Assembly: GCA_016215025.1 (NCBI GenBank)
Contig: JACRMI010000010.1
Coordinates: forward strand, 12,331-76,330
Direction: 5' to 3'
DNA from: Chloroflexota bacterium
GTDB lineage: Bacteria > Chloroflexota > Anaerolineae > UBA4142
DNA length: 64,000 bases
Below, piece after piece: positions 10,001 to 18,169 of this stretch (the stretch's first letter is position 1; the number at the start of each line of letters is the position of its first letter). The position numbers and the translations under genes are program-made. The notes beneath the pieces were generated by a model. It was not told the DNA's origin, made no database searches, and was given only the letters and a program-made list of their open reading frames with translations.

Positions 10001-11285
10001 CCTCGCCGAGCAATAGTCGTGCTTTGAGATGATTCGGGTTTACGTTGAGTGCGCTCTGCAATTGCGTGATCGTGCGTTCCAAATCGCCGCGCCGATAAAA
10101 TCCGTTCGCGCCTTGATATAGCGTGTCGGCAAGCGGCACGACGCGATCCAATTCGTCTTTGACTTTGTCCATCGGCTTACGCGCAACGACCCAGCGGCGC
10201 AGTAACTCGACAAAGAATCTGTAGCCGCCATCAGTTTGCTTTAGCATCTCCCATTCGACGAGCGTTTTCGGCGCAGGTTCCAATTCGCGGATTAAGATAC
10301 GGATACCTTGCGTTTGCAGAATCGAGATCAAGCGTTCGTCGGTGACGACGGTTTGCTCGTCTGTACCAGATGCTATTGCGGAGAAGATCACGCGCTCGGC
10401 GGGTGGTAAGCCATCCCAAATCCATTCAAATTGCGCTTCGCCTGCTTCCAACACTTTTAGAACAATCTCGTCTACGTCAACGGGTGTGATTTCAATTCGG
10501 GGTGGTTCGTTTACGTAGGCACGCTCGAAGAGAAGTTGGCAGGTCAGTTGTGTAAAGTATGGATGTCGCGCGCTCAAATCCAATACCCGTGTTACTGCAT
10601 CGTCGCTGAAATGCAATAGGTCATTGCGCTCGGCAGTGCGAACGAGCGTGTGTGCCGCTTCGTCGTCCAAAACTGAGACGCGCGCAAAGCGCGATGACTT
10701 GAATGCAGATTTGAACTCGATACCTAGCTCTTCAGCTTTGCGCCCAACTACAAACACGAAACCCAAACGAGGTTCGTTTATCATCAAATCGCGTAAGTAA
10801 GGAAAGAATGCGAACGCAGCAGAGGTTGGCGCAAGTTTTTCTTCTGTGCCGACGTTCAGCACGTCAAATTCGTCAAAGAGCAAAACCAAGCGATTATCGC
10901 TAAGCGCGGTGTAAACCGTCGGCAAAAACTTGTCGCGGAAGCCACGCCCTTCGTCGTCAAAATCAGTTCGCGTAGGTTGCGGCAACTTCAATTCTTGTGC
11001 AATCGTCGCAGCAAGTTCAAATGATACTTGCGCGAGCGATTTGCGGGCTCGATCCATCAGATCGAAATAGACAGAGATAAATGGAGGTGAGGGGAGTTGC
11101 GTGCGGAGATTGAGCAGAATTGACGTTTTGCCAATGCGTCGCTGACCAAAGAGGACAACCGAGTTTTGATCGGGTGACGACAGCGTGGTATGCACGAGGC
11201 GGAACACATCCTCGCGTCCAAAGAAACCGCGTGAATCGCCGAGTGCTTTGCCTGCAATGTACGGATTGCGGGGTGGAGTGGGCAT
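7083..11285 (-). CDS. Multidomain fusion: STAND ATPase - TPR repeats - FHA - FHA - ABC transporter ATPase - ABC-2 (ABCG-like) permease
   Basis: Single uninterrupted ORF. The likely start is the ATG at 11285 (MPTPPRNPYIAGK), with GGAG 6 nt upstream. Domain evidence: Walker A GQRRIGKTS and LLFDEFD (STAND ATPase); TPR-like helical repeats; two FHA signatures (LGRSPTNDIVI...ARLE...STNGLLLNG and IGRDPNTTIPL...ARVD...STNGTFVNG); ABC Walker A GASGSGKST, signature LSGGQLKRV, Walker B LLFLDEPTSGLD; six C-terminal TM helices. Confidence 0.8.
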   Translation of the reverse strand: MPTPPRNPYIAGKALGDSRGFFGREDVFRLVHTTLSSPDQNSVVLFGQRRIGKTSILLNLRTQLPSPPFISVYFDLMDRARKSLAQVSFELAATIAQELKLPQPTRTDFDDEGRGFRDKFLPTVYTALSDNRLVLLFDEFDVLNVGTEEKLAPTSAAFAFFPYLRDLMINEPRLGFVFVVGRKAEELGIEFKSAFKSSRFARVSVLDDEAAHTLVRTAERNDLLHFSDDAVTRVLDLSARHPYFTQLTCQLLFERAYVNEPPRIEITPVDVDEIVLKVLEAGEAQFEWIWDGLPPAERVIFSAIASGTDEQTVVTDERLISILQTQGIRILIRELEPAPKTLVEWEMLKQTDGGYRFFVELLRRWVVARKPMDKVKDELDRVVPLADTLYQGANGFYRRGDLERTITQLQSALNVNPNHLKARLLLGEVYRAQDRFDDAIREFETLYEIDREEGKQLLEETLFNRASSLEKGYQTDAALKDYSRILEISPGNMRANEKATLLQEELRSGQQIDSAYDLLYQERWDDAIELIKQLMHQDSENETLKDALTKAEQGREIAGRYVEGLEAFKQGQWAEAQRAFTDVIEIRPHYKDASELLTRATLILNPSTIRQHTAPQTTTSARKLVIHIAGKGPIEVPLDKLVYSLGRSPTNDIVINHLFVSANHARLERVGASYRIVDLVSTNGLLLNGQRVNNHLLNHNDVIRIGDAFGNSVSLTYVDTGAASTVAMMRMNLSAPTTLIGRDPNTTIPLNAPMVSWHHARVDFDGNMHTLTDLNSTNGTFVNGVCIQQHVLRPNDVVQIGPFQLTYDRAGLSQFNILGNVRFDALHLVRREPTKSGARLILNDVSLSIQPREFVALVGASGSGKSTLMSALSGFTRADGMVLINGTDFYHDYEIYRAMLGIVPQADIIYHGLTVESNLRYAARLRLPSDWLSAQIEQRIQEVMQVTEIEHQRHQLVGRLSGGQLKRVCIAIELLAAPLLLFLDEPTSGLDPSLEKRMMHMLQQLADRGHTIILVAHATQNIYRCNKVAFMANGRLVFYGPPDEALAFFRKSDFSDIYSELARLNDPNNPDQSPQYWEQQFKQSPYYQQFIAMPLQNVNLATHTPHAASPSRARGSPFWQWWVLSQRYFELIVRDRVTLFILLALMPLIAILVLAIANPNDLVGENVAVIAMMANYAKVGDAQKLLFIVSLVPVFLGIFASAYEIVREQHIYKRERMVNLGVLPYIFSKVGVLFFFSLIQSTFFLLVIGFRVTLPEKGVFLPAPLEIYITLVLATLASVGLGLLISSLARSEDVVIYAILLVLFIEILFAGAIFVLPKIAQPLSWITTTNWTMDALGSIIDMRYLQTLERVNGVPIPPTELSINYGHTVLHLVSRWFLLGGFALVAMAMTCLQQKLKDDL

Positions 11286-11402
11286 TGTCGCTCCAATTTT
11301 ACCGAGTCTAATACGAACTTGTGCAATGACTATTCTACCACGAATGACTTGCCAATACAAAAGACCTGACAGGTCTCCGAAGACCTGTCAGGTTTGTCCC
11401 TC

Positions 11403-11603
11403 TCAAAACGAAAACTTGGTCCAATCGGTGCCGCCGATGATTCCGCACGCGAACAGAATGAACAGAATCAGAAAAATGATTCCACAGCCACAGCCGCTGC
11501 ATCCGCGTCCGAATCCGAAATTCTTTTGCAGCCAGTCGAACAAGGTGTTGAGCAGGAACATTTCGAGCAGTCCTGCCAAACAGCCACGACGACCATCACC
11601 CAT
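11403..11603 (-). CDS. Cys/Gly-rich small membrane protein (66 aa), function unknown
   Basis: The ATG at 11603 has a perfect AGGAGG 8 nt upstream. Product: MGDGRRGCLAGLLEMFLLNTLFDWLQKNFGFGRGCSGCGCGIIFLILFILFACGIIGGTDWTKFSF, with a CxxCxC motif and a C-terminal TM helix. It lies immediately upstream of the FHA-ABC fusion gene. Confidence 0.5.
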   Translation of the reverse strand: MGDGRRGCLAGLLEMFLLNTLFDWLQKNFGFGRGCSGCGCGIIFLILFILFACGIIGGTDWTKFSF

Positions 11604-11708
11604 TTGAATACCTCCTGAGAATGAGACCGCCGACAATCGACCGCTGACCGCTGAATGAATGCGCGGTGGGCGGTCAGTTGTCGGCGGTCAATCGACTACA
11701 CCAAACGT

Positions 11709-13190
11709 TTACGGCGTTGCGACTCCGAACATGCCCATCGACCAAGCGGCGATGTTGACCACGGGATCGGGATATATCGCGAACGCAAGCACCAGCGCGC
11801 CAGTGATAACGAGCGAGAGCGTGACGAGCGGCGCAATGCGAATCGGCGTTGGGTCTTTCGGCGCTTCAAAGAATGCTTGGCGCACAACGCTGAAATAGTA
11901 GAAAACGGAGATGACGCTGTTGATGACGCCAATCGCGGCAAGTACAATGTAACCTTCGCGCAAGGCAGCGCCGAAAACAAAGAACTTGCCGATAAAGCCA
12001 GCCGTCGGCGGAATGCCGGCGAGCGAGAGGAAGAAGATGACGAACAGCGCAGCCACTAACGGAGCGCGTTTTACCAACCCGGCATACTCTGGAATCTCGA
12101 CGATGCCGGTTGTGTTTTCGATGGCGATCACGCAGATGAACGCGCCCAGGTTTGTAAACAGATAGGCAAAGAGATAGATCAAGATACCGTTCAAACCGGA
12201 GAAGGTAGGAGATGCTGTGAGGTTGACGGCGATCACACCGATGAGCATATAGCCCGCTTGCGCAATCGACGAGTAGGCGAGCATACGTTTGACGTTGGTT
12301 TGCTGCAACGCGGTGAGATTGCCGAGCGTCATCGTCAAAATCGAAATGACGACGAGCAGCGGAATCCACCCTTCTTTGTACGCAGGCAATGCGATGATGG
12401 CGAGTCGAAGCAGAACGGCAAAGCCCACCGCTTTCGGCCCGACCGAGAGGAAGGCCGTGACCGGCGTTGGCGCGCCTTCGTATGCGTCGGGAGCCCATTG
12501 ATGGAATGGGACGAGCGAAATCTTGAAACCCAGTCCAGCCAGCACGAGTGCTGTCGAGACCAGCCCGACCATGCGAACGGACGCATCGACAGTGTTGGTG
12601 AAGGTAGCGGCGATGTCGCTCAGGTTGAGCGAGCCACTGATGCCGTAGAGCAGCGAAAGACCGTAGAGCATCGTGGCGCTCGTAATCGCGCCGTAGAGGA
12701 AATACTTGATGGCTGACTCGTTCGATTTTTTATCGTCGCGCAAAAAGCCTGTGAGCAGATAGGACGTGTAACTCAAGAATTCAATCGAGAGATAGACCAT
12801 CAACAAGCTGCCAGAGCTGGCTGTCATCGTCATCGCCAGCACGGCGAACGTAAATATCGAGTAGAACTCGCCTTTGTAAGGTGTTCGATTTTTGAGATAA
12901 TCGATTGAGACCAACGTAAGGATGATGCCGGTGATGGCGGCAATCATCTTGAAGAACAGTGAGAACGTGTCGATGTAATACATTCCGGCGAATCGAGTTA
13001 CGTCCGATCCCCAAATGTAAAACGTTGCGCCAAGCGCGAGTGCGAATCCGAGAATCGTAATCCATGGCAAAATGCCCTGGCTTTTTTCGCGCCAGATCAC
13101 GTCGATCAGCAAAATGAGAATCCCGAAAATCGATAACACCAGTTCGGGTGAAATCAGAATCAGTGTTTGAGCATCAGGCATAATAGTCAC
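11709..13190 (-). CDS. nuoN: NADH-quinone oxidoreductase subunit N
   Basis: 493 aa, 14 TM, typical NuoN/ND2 antiporter-like fold; last gene of the nuo block. Confidence 0.9.
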   Translation of the reverse strand: MTIMPDAQTLILISPELVLSIFGILILLIDVIWREKSQGILPWITILGFALALGATFYIWGSDVTRFAGMYYIDTFSLFFKMIAAITGIILTLVSIDYLKNRTPYKGEFYSIFTFAVLAMTMTASSGSLLMVYLSIEFLSYTSYLLTGFLRDDKKSNESAIKYFLYGAITSATMLYGLSLLYGISGSLNLSDIAATFTNTVDASVRMVGLVSTALVLAGLGFKISLVPFHQWAPDAYEGAPTPVTAFLSVGPKAVGFAVLLRLAIIALPAYKEGWIPLLVVISILTMTLGNLTALQQTNVKRMLAYSSIAQAGYMLIGVIAVNLTASPTFSGLNGILIYLFAYLFTNLGAFICVIAIENTTGIVEIPEYAGLVKRAPLVAALFVIFFLSLAGIPPTAGFIGKFFVFGAALREGYIVLAAIGVINSVISVFYYFSVVRQAFFEAPKDPTPIRIAPLVTLSLVITGALVLAFAIYPDPVVNIAAWSMGMFGVATP

Positions 13191-13307
13191 CTAGTCAGTT
13201 AGTCGGATAGTTGGATAGTCAGGTAGTCAGATAGTTGGGTAGTCTCGTCGTGGAAAACGACTCATTGACTAGACAACTGCTCGACTAGGTGACTATCGAC
13301 TACTGGA
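13191..13307. repeat. Simple-repeat palindrome: TAGTC units on the left arm, GACTA units on the right arm
   Basis: TAGTCACCTAGTCAGTTAGTCGGATAGTTGGATAGTCAGGTAGTC...GACTAGACAACTGCTCGACTAGGTGACTATCGACTACTGGACTA fills the nuoM-nuoN gap. Confidence 0.85.
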
Positions 13308-14840
13308 CTACTTGACGAATGTACCAAGCAGCGCGACCGAAATCGTGTTGAGCGTATTCAGAATGACCGATGGCACGATGCCGATGAGAACCATCAAGAC
13401 CAGCAGCGGTGCCAGCGTTACAATCTCGTAAGTTTCCATGTCTTTCAAGCCTGCCCACTTTTCATTGAACGCGCCGAGGAGTACGTTCTGAATAACTTTC
13501 CACAACAGCAGGGCTGCGCCGAACACCACGCCGATTACGGCGAACGTCGCGATGACAGGCATAGTGGCGAACGAACCACGGAAGACCAGGAACTCGCTGA
13601 TAAACCCGGCGAGACCGGGCAAGCCGAGCGATGCAAACGAGGCGACGACCAGAATCGCGCCATAGACCGGAATCTTTGCGCCCAATCCGCCGAACTGTTT
13701 CAGCTCGCGGGTGTGCGTGCGTTCGTACAGCATACCGACGATAAAGAACAGCGCGCCCGTGATGACGCCGTGATTGAACATTTGGAGCGTTGCGCCGTTC
13801 AGCGCGATGCTGCGGTCTTCAAGCGTTGCACTGCCAAACGCGACAGCGGCTGCGATGCCGAGAATCACATAGCCCATGTGGTTCACGGACGAGTAAGCGA
13901 TCAACCGCTTAAAGTCCGTTTGCGCCATGGCGACGAGTGCGCCGTACACAATCGAGATGGCGGCGAGAACGGCGATAAGCGGCGCACTGGCTTGGAACAC
14001 TTGCGGGAAGATCGGGATCAACACGCGCACGATGCCGTACGTTCCGAGTTTTAGCAGAATGCCAGCCAGGATGACGGAACCCGCGGTCGGCGCGGCGGTA
14101 TGAGCATCAGGCAACCAAGTGTGGAACGGGAAGAGCGGAACCTTGATCGCAAAGGCGATAAAGATTGCCCAGAACGCAAGCGTCGCAAAACCGAAATCGT
14201 TGGCGAACGGTCGTCTGGCGGCAAGATCAATAATGTCGAATGTGCCGGGGGTGTTCGCGGTACTGGTGTTAATGTACATCGCGATGATCGCCAGAAGCAT
14301 AAAGACGGAACCGGCAAGCGTGTAGAGAAAGAACTTGATCGACGAGTACAGCGGGCGGTCTTCTTTGTGTCCCCAGATCGCGATGAGAAAGTACATTGGA
14401 ACCAAGCCCAGTTCCCAGAAAACGTAGAACAGGAAAAAGTCCAGCGAGATGAACACGCCGAGCATACCGACCTGAAGCAGCAGGAACATGAAAAAGAATT
14501 CGCGCACGCGTTCGTGAACCACCCGCGACGAGTAGTACAGCGAAAGCGTCGTGAGCAACGTTGTGAGCCAGATGAGTGGAATGCTCAAACCGTCCACGCC
14601 GACGTGATAGTTCACGTTGAGTGTCGTAATCCAGGGATACACTTCTTCAAGCTGCATCTTGGCCAGGTTGGGATTGAACATCCAGAACCATAGGTACGAT
14701 GCGAGCGCGAGTGGGATCAAGCTCCACACAATCGAAAAGCGCTCGATGAGTTTGTCATTTCCCTTGGGCAGCAACAGCACAATGATTGCGCCGATAAGGG
14801 GCAGTGCGACAAGAATCGACAAGTAAGGAATGGTCGTCAT
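13308..14840 (-). CDS. nuoM: NADH-quinone oxidoreductase subunit M
   Basis: NuoM/ND4 family. The start is trimmed to the ATG at 14840 (MTTIPYLSIL), which has GGAGGA 9 nt upstream. The longer ORF-track N-terminus is encoded by the adjacent hairpin. Confidence 0.9.
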   Translation of the reverse strand: MTTIPYLSILVALPLIGAIIVLLLPKGNDKLIERFSIVWSLIPLALASYLWFWMFNPNLAKMQLEEVYPWITTLNVNYHVGVDGLSIPLIWLTTLLTTLSLYYSSRVVHERVREFFFMFLLLQVGMLGVFISLDFFLFYVFWELGLVPMYFLIAIWGHKEDRPLYSSIKFFLYTLAGSVFMLLAIIAMYINTSTANTPGTFDIIDLAARRPFANDFGFATLAFWAIFIAFAIKVPLFPFHTWLPDAHTAAPTAGSVILAGILLKLGTYGIVRVLIPIFPQVFQASAPLIAVLAAISIVYGALVAMAQTDFKRLIAYSSVNHMGYVILGIAAAVAFGSATLEDRSIALNGATLQMFNHGVITGALFFIVGMLYERTHTRELKQFGGLGAKIPVYGAILVVASFASLGLPGLAGFISEFLVFRGSFATMPVIATFAVIGVVFGAALLLWKVIQNVLLGAFNEKWAGLKDMETYEIVTLAPLLVLMVLIGIVPSVILNTLNTISVALLGTFVK

Positions 14841-14857
14841 TGAAGAGTTCCTCCGAG

Positions 14858-14943
14858 CCTCACCTCTCACCCCTCAGTCCCCTCTCCCCTCTCCCGACTG
14901 AACTTCGTCGGGAGAGGGGAGAGGGTAAGGGGAGTGGGGTGAG
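14858..14943. repeat. Long polypyrimidine/polypurine hairpin (CCTCACCTCTCACCCCTCAGTCCCCTCTCCCCTCTCCCGAC / GTCGGGAGAGGGGAGAGGGTAAGGGGAGTGGGGTGAGG)
   Basis: Inverted repeat of about 38 bp per arm with a 9-nt loop, exactly in the nuoL-nuoM gap. Confidence 0.85.
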
Positions 14944-14944
14944 G

Positions 14945-17128
14945 TTATTTAATCAAGAATAGGAATGCAAAGAGTGCCACGCCGGCAATGGCGATGAGCA
15001 GATAATTTTGCACGCGTCCGGTTTGGATCAGCTTGATCGCATCGCCGACCATATCGGTAAAGATGCCGACCACGTTGACCAGTCCATCGACGATCGTATG
15101 GTCGATCCAGCCGCTGATGGCGCTGAACAATCGACCAATCGCAGCGGCGAGATTGACCAAGCCATCCACAATCGCTTTATCGAATGCAGCACTCACATCG
15201 GCGATCCAACCGATAAACCGGATAAACAAGCCGGGCTGAACGCGGACCGAATCGGCGGTACCGGTCTTGCCTTCGGATCCCGACTTTTGCGCGATGACGA
15301 GACCGTACAGTTCATCGGCATAATATTTGTTGCGCAAAACTTGCCAGATCAAAGGTATGCGGCTGAGCGGATCGCGTTGTCCATGCTTGAGCGGCTTCCA
15401 ACCGTAAATCAACCAGCCCAGCACGATACCCGCCACCGCGAGTCCGGTCGATGTGAGAGCAACAGTTGGATTGAATGGACCCGCTTCAAATTCCTCGCCC
15501 GCATGAGCAATGCCCATCCAGCCTTCGCCGACAAAGTGTTCAAAGAAGTTTATGCCGAGTGGCGTCGCGTTGATGAAACCGATTGTGGCGGCAAAAACGG
15601 CGAGTACGGCGAGAGGAGCCCACATCACGGTTGGCGATTCATGTGCGTGATCGTAGGCGTGATGATCGCGACCTTCGCCAAAGAAAGTAAGGAAGATTTG
15701 GCGTGTCATGTAGAATGCGGTGAAGAACGCTGCAATCGCCAGGAAGATAAACACGATGGTGCCGACCGTTTCGCCATGTTGCATTTGCTCAAAGGCATGC
15801 GCGATAATTTCGTCCTTGCTCCAGAACCCTGCGAGTGGTGGAATACCTGCAAGCGCCAGCGCGCCGATAATAAAGACGGTGGTCGTGATCGGCATTTTCT
15901 TGCGCAAGCCGCCCATGTTCATCATGTCGTTCGTGCCGACGCCATGAATGACCGAGCCAGCGCTCATGAACAACAATGCTTTGAAGAATGCGTGGGTGAT
16001 AAGATGGAACGCGCCTGCAACGTATGCGCCAATGCCGAGCGCCGCGACCATGAATCCCAACTGCGATACAGTCGAATAAGCGAGGACGCGTTTGATGTCG
16101 TCTTGCGCGACGCCGATGGTTCCGGCGAACAATGCGGTGAATGCGCCGACAATTGCGACTGCGGTCATTACAGGTCCGCCCGTTTCGGCGGCGGTGATGA
16201 ACAGGGGATACGTTCGCGCGATGAGGAACACGCCCGCCGCGACCATCGTCGCCGCGTGGATCAACGCGCTAACGGGGGTTGGACCTTCCATCGCGTCGGG
16301 CAACCAGACGTGCAATGGGAATTGCGCCGACTTGCCAATCGTGCCGCCGAGAATCAGCAGCGCGATCAACGTAACCCAGGGAAGACCGGGCAATGCTTGC
16401 GCTTCAGCGAGATGTTCGAGATTTTCTGCGGTGAAGATTTTTGGAAAGTTCAAGTCGCCGGATTGGATATAGAGGAAAACCAAGCCAACAAAGAAAATCG
16501 TATCGCCGACGCGTGTGGTGAGGAAGGCTTTGAGCGATGCAAACTTGGCGCGCACTGTTTGCGCATCATCGATGTGGTGTTCGTTTGGCTTGCGAATCGA
16601 CCAGAATCCGATGAGGAGGTACGAGCACAAGCCCATGATTTCCCAGAACAAGAAGAACTGGAACAAGTTCGACGAAATCACGAGACCCAACATGCCGCAC
16701 GCAAACAGCGAGATGTAGGCAAAGAAACGAGCATAGCGGGGATCATCGGTGACATGATGATGACCATGCTCGTCGGTGTGGCTGTGCTGCATGTAACCGA
16801 TGCTGTAGATAAAGATCATCAAGCAGACGGTGGTGACCATGAACAGCATCATCGCGACAATCGGATCGATCAAGACGCCGACTTGAAACTGAATCGCCCC
16901 AGTCGGCAACTGCAAGAACAGCGGCAGTGTTTGGAAGAACGGATGCTGGGCGAGTTCACCGCCTTTTGAAATCGCTTCAAACAGCACGAGGTAAGCGACG
17001 ACGCCTGCGGCAAAAATTCCCGCGACGGCGGTCAGCGCACTGACGCGGTTGTTGCGATTCAGAAAGAATACAATCAGCACAAACGCCAGCAGTGGAAAAA
17101 TGGGAATCAAAAATGCGTAATTGAACAT
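14945..17128 (-). CDS. nuoL: NADH-quinone oxidoreductase subunit L (long form with His-rich insertion)
   Basis: NuoL/ND5 family. The start is trimmed to MFNYAFLIPIF at 17128. It contains the insertion HSHTDEHGHHHVTDD. Confidence 0.9.
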   Translation of the reverse strand: MFNYAFLIPIFPLLAFVLIVFFLNRNNRVSALTAVAGIFAAGVVAYLVLFEAISKGGELAQHPFFQTLPLFLQLPTGAIQFQVGVLIDPIVAMMLFMVTTVCLMIFIYSIGYMQHSHTDEHGHHHVTDDPRYARFFAYISLFACGMLGLVISSNLFQFFLFWEIMGLCSYLLIGFWSIRKPNEHHIDDAQTVRAKFASLKAFLTTRVGDTIFFVGLVFLYIQSGDLNFPKIFTAENLEHLAEAQALPGLPWVTLIALLILGGTIGKSAQFPLHVWLPDAMEGPTPVSALIHAATMVAAGVFLIARTYPLFITAAETGGPVMTAVAIVGAFTALFAGTIGVAQDDIKRVLAYSTVSQLGFMVAALGIGAYVAGAFHLITHAFFKALLFMSAGSVIHGVGTNDMMNMGGLRKKMPITTTVFIIGALALAGIPPLAGFWSKDEIIAHAFEQMQHGETVGTIVFIFLAIAAFFTAFYMTRQIFLTFFGEGRDHHAYDHAHESPTVMWAPLAVLAVFAATIGFINATPLGINFFEHFVGEGWMGIAHAGEEFEAGPFNPTVALTSTGLAVAGIVLGWLIYGWKPLKHGQRDPLSRIPLIWQVLRNKYYADELYGLVIAQKSGSEGKTGTADSVRVQPGLFIRFIGWIADVSAAFDKAIVDGLVNLAAAIGRLFSAISGWIDHTIVDGLVNVVGIFTDMVGDAIKLIQTGRVQNYLLIAIAGVALFAFLFLIK

Positions 17129-17185
17129 TGAAACCTCAAATGTGCCAAACTTGGCCAATGGATGTGCGAAGTTCTGCACAGTCAT

Positions 17186-17250
17186 GCCAAATCGCCAAAT
17201 TTAATTCTTTTGGCGCGTTTGGCATGTTTGGCTTATTTGGCATATTTTGC
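17186..17250. repeat. Simple-repeat palindrome: GCCAAAT x2 / TTTGGC x4
   Basis: GCCAAATCGCCAAATTTAATTCTTTTGGCGCGTTTGGCATGTTTGGCTTATTTGGCAT in the nuoK-nuoL gap. Confidence 0.8.
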
Positions 17251-17251
17251 T

Positions 17252-17569
17252 CTACCATTTCATCAAATTGACTTCTTCGACATTTACCGTATCGCGTGAG
17301 CGGTAGATCGCAATGACGAGCGCGAGACCAATCGCAGCTTCGGCGGCAGCCAGCGTGATGACGAACAACGCAAAGACCATGCCCGCGAGTTCCATGCCTT
17401 TGGCCGGTGTAATATAGCGCCAGAATGCGACCAGGTTGATGTTTACGGCGTTCAGCATCAACTCGATGCCGATCAAGACGCCGATAGCGTTGCGTCGCGC
17501 CAATGCGCCAAACAATCCGATGCAGAACAAAGCGGCGGCAAGTATGAGATAAAATTCCAATGGAACCAT
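17252..17569 (-). CDS. nuoK: NADH-quinone oxidoreductase subunit K
   Basis: 105 aa, 3 TM, NuoK/ND4L. Confidence 0.9.
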   Translation of the reverse strand: MVPLEFYLILAAALFCIGLFGALARRNAIGVLIGIELMLNAVNINLVAFWRYITPAKGMELAGMVFALFVITLAAAEAAIGLALVIAIYRSRDTVNVEEVNLMKW

Positions 17570-17578
17570 ATTTACTCC

Positions 17579-17634
17579 AGTGAACAGTGAACAGTGAACA
17601 GTGGAGGTTCTTACTGATTACTGTTCACTGTTCG
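17579..17634. repeat. Simple-repeat palindrome: GTGAACAG x3 / CTGTTCAC x2
   Basis: AGTGAACAGTGAACAGTGAACAGTGG...TACTGTTCACTGTTCGC in the nuoJ-nuoK gap. The same motif family recurs at 27950 and inside hypF. Confidence 0.85.
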
Positions 17635-17644
17635 CTTCGCGTGA

Positions 17645-18157
17645 TTACTGATTTTCTTCCCGTGCGATCACAATTGCGCCGACAAGCGCGGCGAGCAACA
17701 AGAGTGAGATTGCTTCAAACGGCAAAAGGTACGTCGTGAGTAACTCGGTGCCAAGTTTGGGAATCATGTCGCCGACGGTGGTGCGGGATGCGTCGATGTG
17801 CCAGTTCGCGCCAAGTGAGACGGCGGCGAGGATTGTAAAGAGCAAGAGCGCGATACCGGCGGCGGCCATCCATTGGGTGTTATGCGCGCTATTGCGACCT
17901 TGCATCAAACCGCGCGTGAGCATTACGGCGAACAGAATCAGCACCGAGATCGCACCGACGTAGATGAGAATTTGCACGACGCCGACGAACTCGGCTTCGA
18001 GCATGAAATAAATGCCCGCAACGCCGAGGAATGCCAGAATCAAGCCGAGCGCTGCGCGTAATAAATTCTGCTGGCTCACTGCGATCAGCGCGCCCGCCAC
18101 GGCTAGCACGCCCATCACAAAGAAACCCAGATTCGATAAAAAGAGTTGAGTGGTCAT
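17645..18157 (-). CDS. nuoJ: NADH-quinone oxidoreductase subunit J
   Basis: 170 aa, NuoJ/ND6-like membrane protein. Confidence 0.85.
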   Translation of the reverse strand: MTTQLFLSNLGFFVMGVLAVAGALIAVSQQNLLRAALGLILAFLGVAGIYFMLEAEFVGVVQILIYVGAISVLILFAVMLTRGLMQGRNSAHNTQWMAAAGIALLLFTILAAVSLGANWHIDASRTTVGDMIPKLGTELLTTYLLPFEAISLLLLAALVGAIVIAREENQ

Positions 18158-18169
18158 GGCTATGCCTTG

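Noticed and set aside
7083-11360. Possibility that the giant STAND-TPR-FHA-ABC protein is two or three adjacent genes merged by the ORF caller
   Set aside because: A single frame runs without stops across all domain junctions, and there are no internal RBS/ATG pairs at the junctions. It is retained as one gene, but an assembly indel cannot be excluded without reads.
11394-11618. 74-aa plus-strand ORF overlapping the micro-protein gene
   Set aside because: It has no RBS and an Ala/Thr/Glu low-complexity product. The minus-strand ORF has a perfect AGGAGG and fits the operon orientation.
11624-11690. Intrinsic terminator for the nuo operon
   Set aside because: The 12-bp inverted repeat is not followed by a T-run on the transcribed strand. 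It is more likely a leader structure of the micro-protein gene.
15008-16969. 653-aa plus-strand ORF
   Set aside because: It lies entirely antisense to the well-conserved nuoL. The translation is Arg/His/Asp-rich low-complexity sequence, typical of GC-rich antisense frames.
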